This document shows, one piece after another, positions 56,704 to 64,000 of a DNA stretch of 64,000 nucleotides. This DNA comes from the human T2T-CHM13v2.0 reference genome, Homo sapiens, in NCBI RefSeq assembly GCF_009914755.1, contig NC_060943.1, one strand, 5' to 3'. The position numbers and the translations under genes were made by a program. Below the pieces are notes generated by a model. That model was not told the DNA's origin and searched no databases. It saw only the letters and a list, made by a program, of their open reading frames with translations. Every line of letters starts with the position of its first letter. The stretch's first letter is position 1.

Positions 56704-57289
56704 GCCACTTCTTTTCCTGGGCAGCCCCTTTGAAAGTGTCATCTACACTCACTGTCACTCCCTCTTGGACCCTCTCCAGTTGGCGTCGCCACACCACACA
56801 GTGCCCTCAACAAGGCCACCTAAGACCTCTGTGGGACAAATCTCACAGTATGCGTCTGCCTTCCTCTCCCAAGGCACCTCTGCCACACTTCGCTCTGCTG
56901 ACCCCTCTTTCCCTCTGGAAACTTCAGTGCCAGCTCCCCCCCGCCCCCACGCACCAAGCATCATCCCTCCCAGGCAGCTCCTCTCTGCTCCAGCATAAGG
57001 TGGAGGACCCGCAGATTCATCCCGGCCACCGCCGCCCCCTTGACATTTGTCCCTGGGCAACCTCACCACCTGGAAGACTTTGCCACTGCCTCTGTGCCGG
57101 CCTCACCCAAGCAGGGGGTCTCTACCCCAATGAGGCCTGCCCTGGCTGCACACCTGAATGCCCACTTGCCTGCAGGGGGCCTCCACCTGCGCCCTTCACC
57201 ACCTTCTAGAAAAACTCCTTATTTCACCTTCCATTGTTCATGCTATTACGAAAAATGGGAACTGGCAATACACAATCAACATGAAGGTG

Positions 57290-58520
<1,231 letters not shown>

Positions 58521-58913
58521 TTCCCATTAAAATTGCTAGTATTTAACTTTATTGGTTTTTCTCTGGCTATGAAAGTAAAGCTTGTTTGTTATAATAAATC
58601 AGAATACTACAAACACGTACAACATAGAAACTGATGATTCCCCAGAGATGCCGTTCTTAAGAGTTGGAGTGTTAAAACAGTGTACATTGCTCTAGAATTC
58701 TTTTCAATGCACACGCTAACACATGAGTGAATGAAAATATTTGCTGTTTTTCTACAGGGCGGTTTCATTCAGTTATATCATCACTAAGTAGTTTAAAATG
58801 CATATGCACATACAAACTCACTCCTTTTCTGTTGTTATTTCTCAGTGATGACTTGCCAATTGATTCCATTGCCTTCCTGGCACAAAATAGCTGCTCAGTA
58901 AATACCTGCTCCA

Positions 58914-59010
58914 TGGATGGATGGATGGATGGATGGATGGGTGGACGGACGCACGGATGGACGGACAGACAGACGGATGGATTGATGGACGAACGGACGG
59001 ATGGATGGAT
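58914..59010. repeat. (TGGA)n/(CGGA)n simple repeat
   Basis: Visible. Confidence 0.95.
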
Positions 59011-59514
59011 TCTTACATTTATAGCCACTTTCTTACATTTTCATGCCCAGGAGACTATAGACTATCTTCTACTTGCAAAAGACCAAAAGATTGCATAAGA
59101 TTAGAAAGCGAGACATTAACAGAAATTAATCAAGCCCCTGTCCAGGTTCTAGTCCTTTTTTGAGCAAAGGTGCCATACACCACGGAATCCCAGTTCCTGG
59201 CGGGGTTACCGGGGGCATGGCATCCAACAGCCCAGTCTGCAATGCACCATTAGACACACAGACAAATCCATCCCCTCTACTTTGGGGCAGCACTGTGATG
59301 AACCATCCTTGGGATACTGTCCCTTTTTTAAAAGGAAAAAAATCCAAAGTTAGTATGTTCCAGCAGTCACAGCCTGAGTCATCCATCCAGAAAGCTCTCT
59401 GTGCTCCTCTTGCTAAGCCCCTGAGTTATCTCTTGTTATAGACAAGTAATGAACATCCAAGCTCTGTAAGATGGTTACTTGGTCTGAAGCATTCCCTCCT
59501 TCTTAAAAAAAAAA

Positions 59515-63258
<3,744 letters not shown>

Positions 63259-64000
63259 TCAGCCACCTCCACCTGCAACTCAGGCAGTTCTGGAATTTCC
63301 ATGCAGGGGGCTCGAGGGTGACCTGCAATTAAAAATGGGGGTCACAGGCAGATACCCAGGATGAGTCTGCAACTGTGTGTTGACTGAGATAATTTGGAGC
63401 GAACCAATGGCGACAACAGAGGGTGTCAGAGTCCCCCCTACCCCCATCTCCCGCACTGCCAACCTTCTTCTCTTCCTTCTTCTCCTCAACCCCCACTGGG
63501 CTTTCTGCCCTCCAGACCACCTCCTCCCAGACACTAGGGGCTGATTTGCACAGCTGGTGGTCGAGGCCCCTCCTGGCATCCTTGGTGGATCCAACACTGA
63601 GTAAAGTTGCCGAGGCGAGTAGCGATGCTCTGGTGGAAGGCTCCACATGCACATTCACCCCGAACAGCTGCTGGAAACTGGCACACTCTGCTGCTGTAGA
63701 AATTATCAGCACTGCCACCTCAGCTCCTGGAGAAAGTCTCGGTGTGACAGCCTGCAAAGTAATCCTGCATTTGAATTTCACTGACAAATCCTGGCTTCCT
63801 CCAGACAAGCTCCAACCTGCACAGATGGCCCCTCGCATCAAAAAGTAAAAATAACAAAGCTTGCAATTCTGGGCCTCCCTTTTTCTCTGGGCAGATGTGC
63901 TGGCTGCACATTTCGGGAATCGCGCAGTCTGAGTTCCAGCAGCAACCTCTCTCCTCCTGTACGCTCGCACTCGCCCCTTCTGGCGTGCTGCTGGGGAGCG

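Noticed and set aside
63280-63970. Overlapping 213-aa (-) and 141-aa (+) ORFs in unique sequence
   Set aside because: GTG starts, no recognisable family, no promoter or poly(A) evidence; a PhyloCSF or BLASTP hit would be needed to revive them.

Overview
Primate (almost certainly human, 19q12) genomic DNA containing the complete CCNE1 (cyclin E1) gene on the + strand. It has a CpG-island promoter at ~35.0-36.6 kb, a non-coding exon 1 and 11 coding exons (ATG 36286, TGA 47498-47500; spliced CDS 1233 nt = 410 aa, all introns GT-AG). The 3'UTR carries two miR-15/16 8mer sites and AATAAA at 48009. The ~35 kb upstream and ~16 kb downstream contain no other recognisable gene. They are very Alu-dense, with L1, L2, MIR and MLT1 remnants and (TG)n/(TGGA)n tracts; a MER44 remnant lies in intron 6. 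Almost all ORFs in the supplied track are Alu, low-complexity or GC-rich artefacts. I found no wholly new gene system. The best leads are hidden isoform-control features of CCNE1: an out-of-frame mini-ORF whose stop overlaps the Met16 AUG, a stop-free in-frame intron 5, and an intron-10 retention product that would lose the FBXW7 degron near the NMD boundary. There are also unusual retrotransposition footprints (a 52-bp target duplication and an internal L1 piece with its own TSD and A-tail). Repeat boundaries are approximate, and subfamily calls come from memory of consensus sequences.
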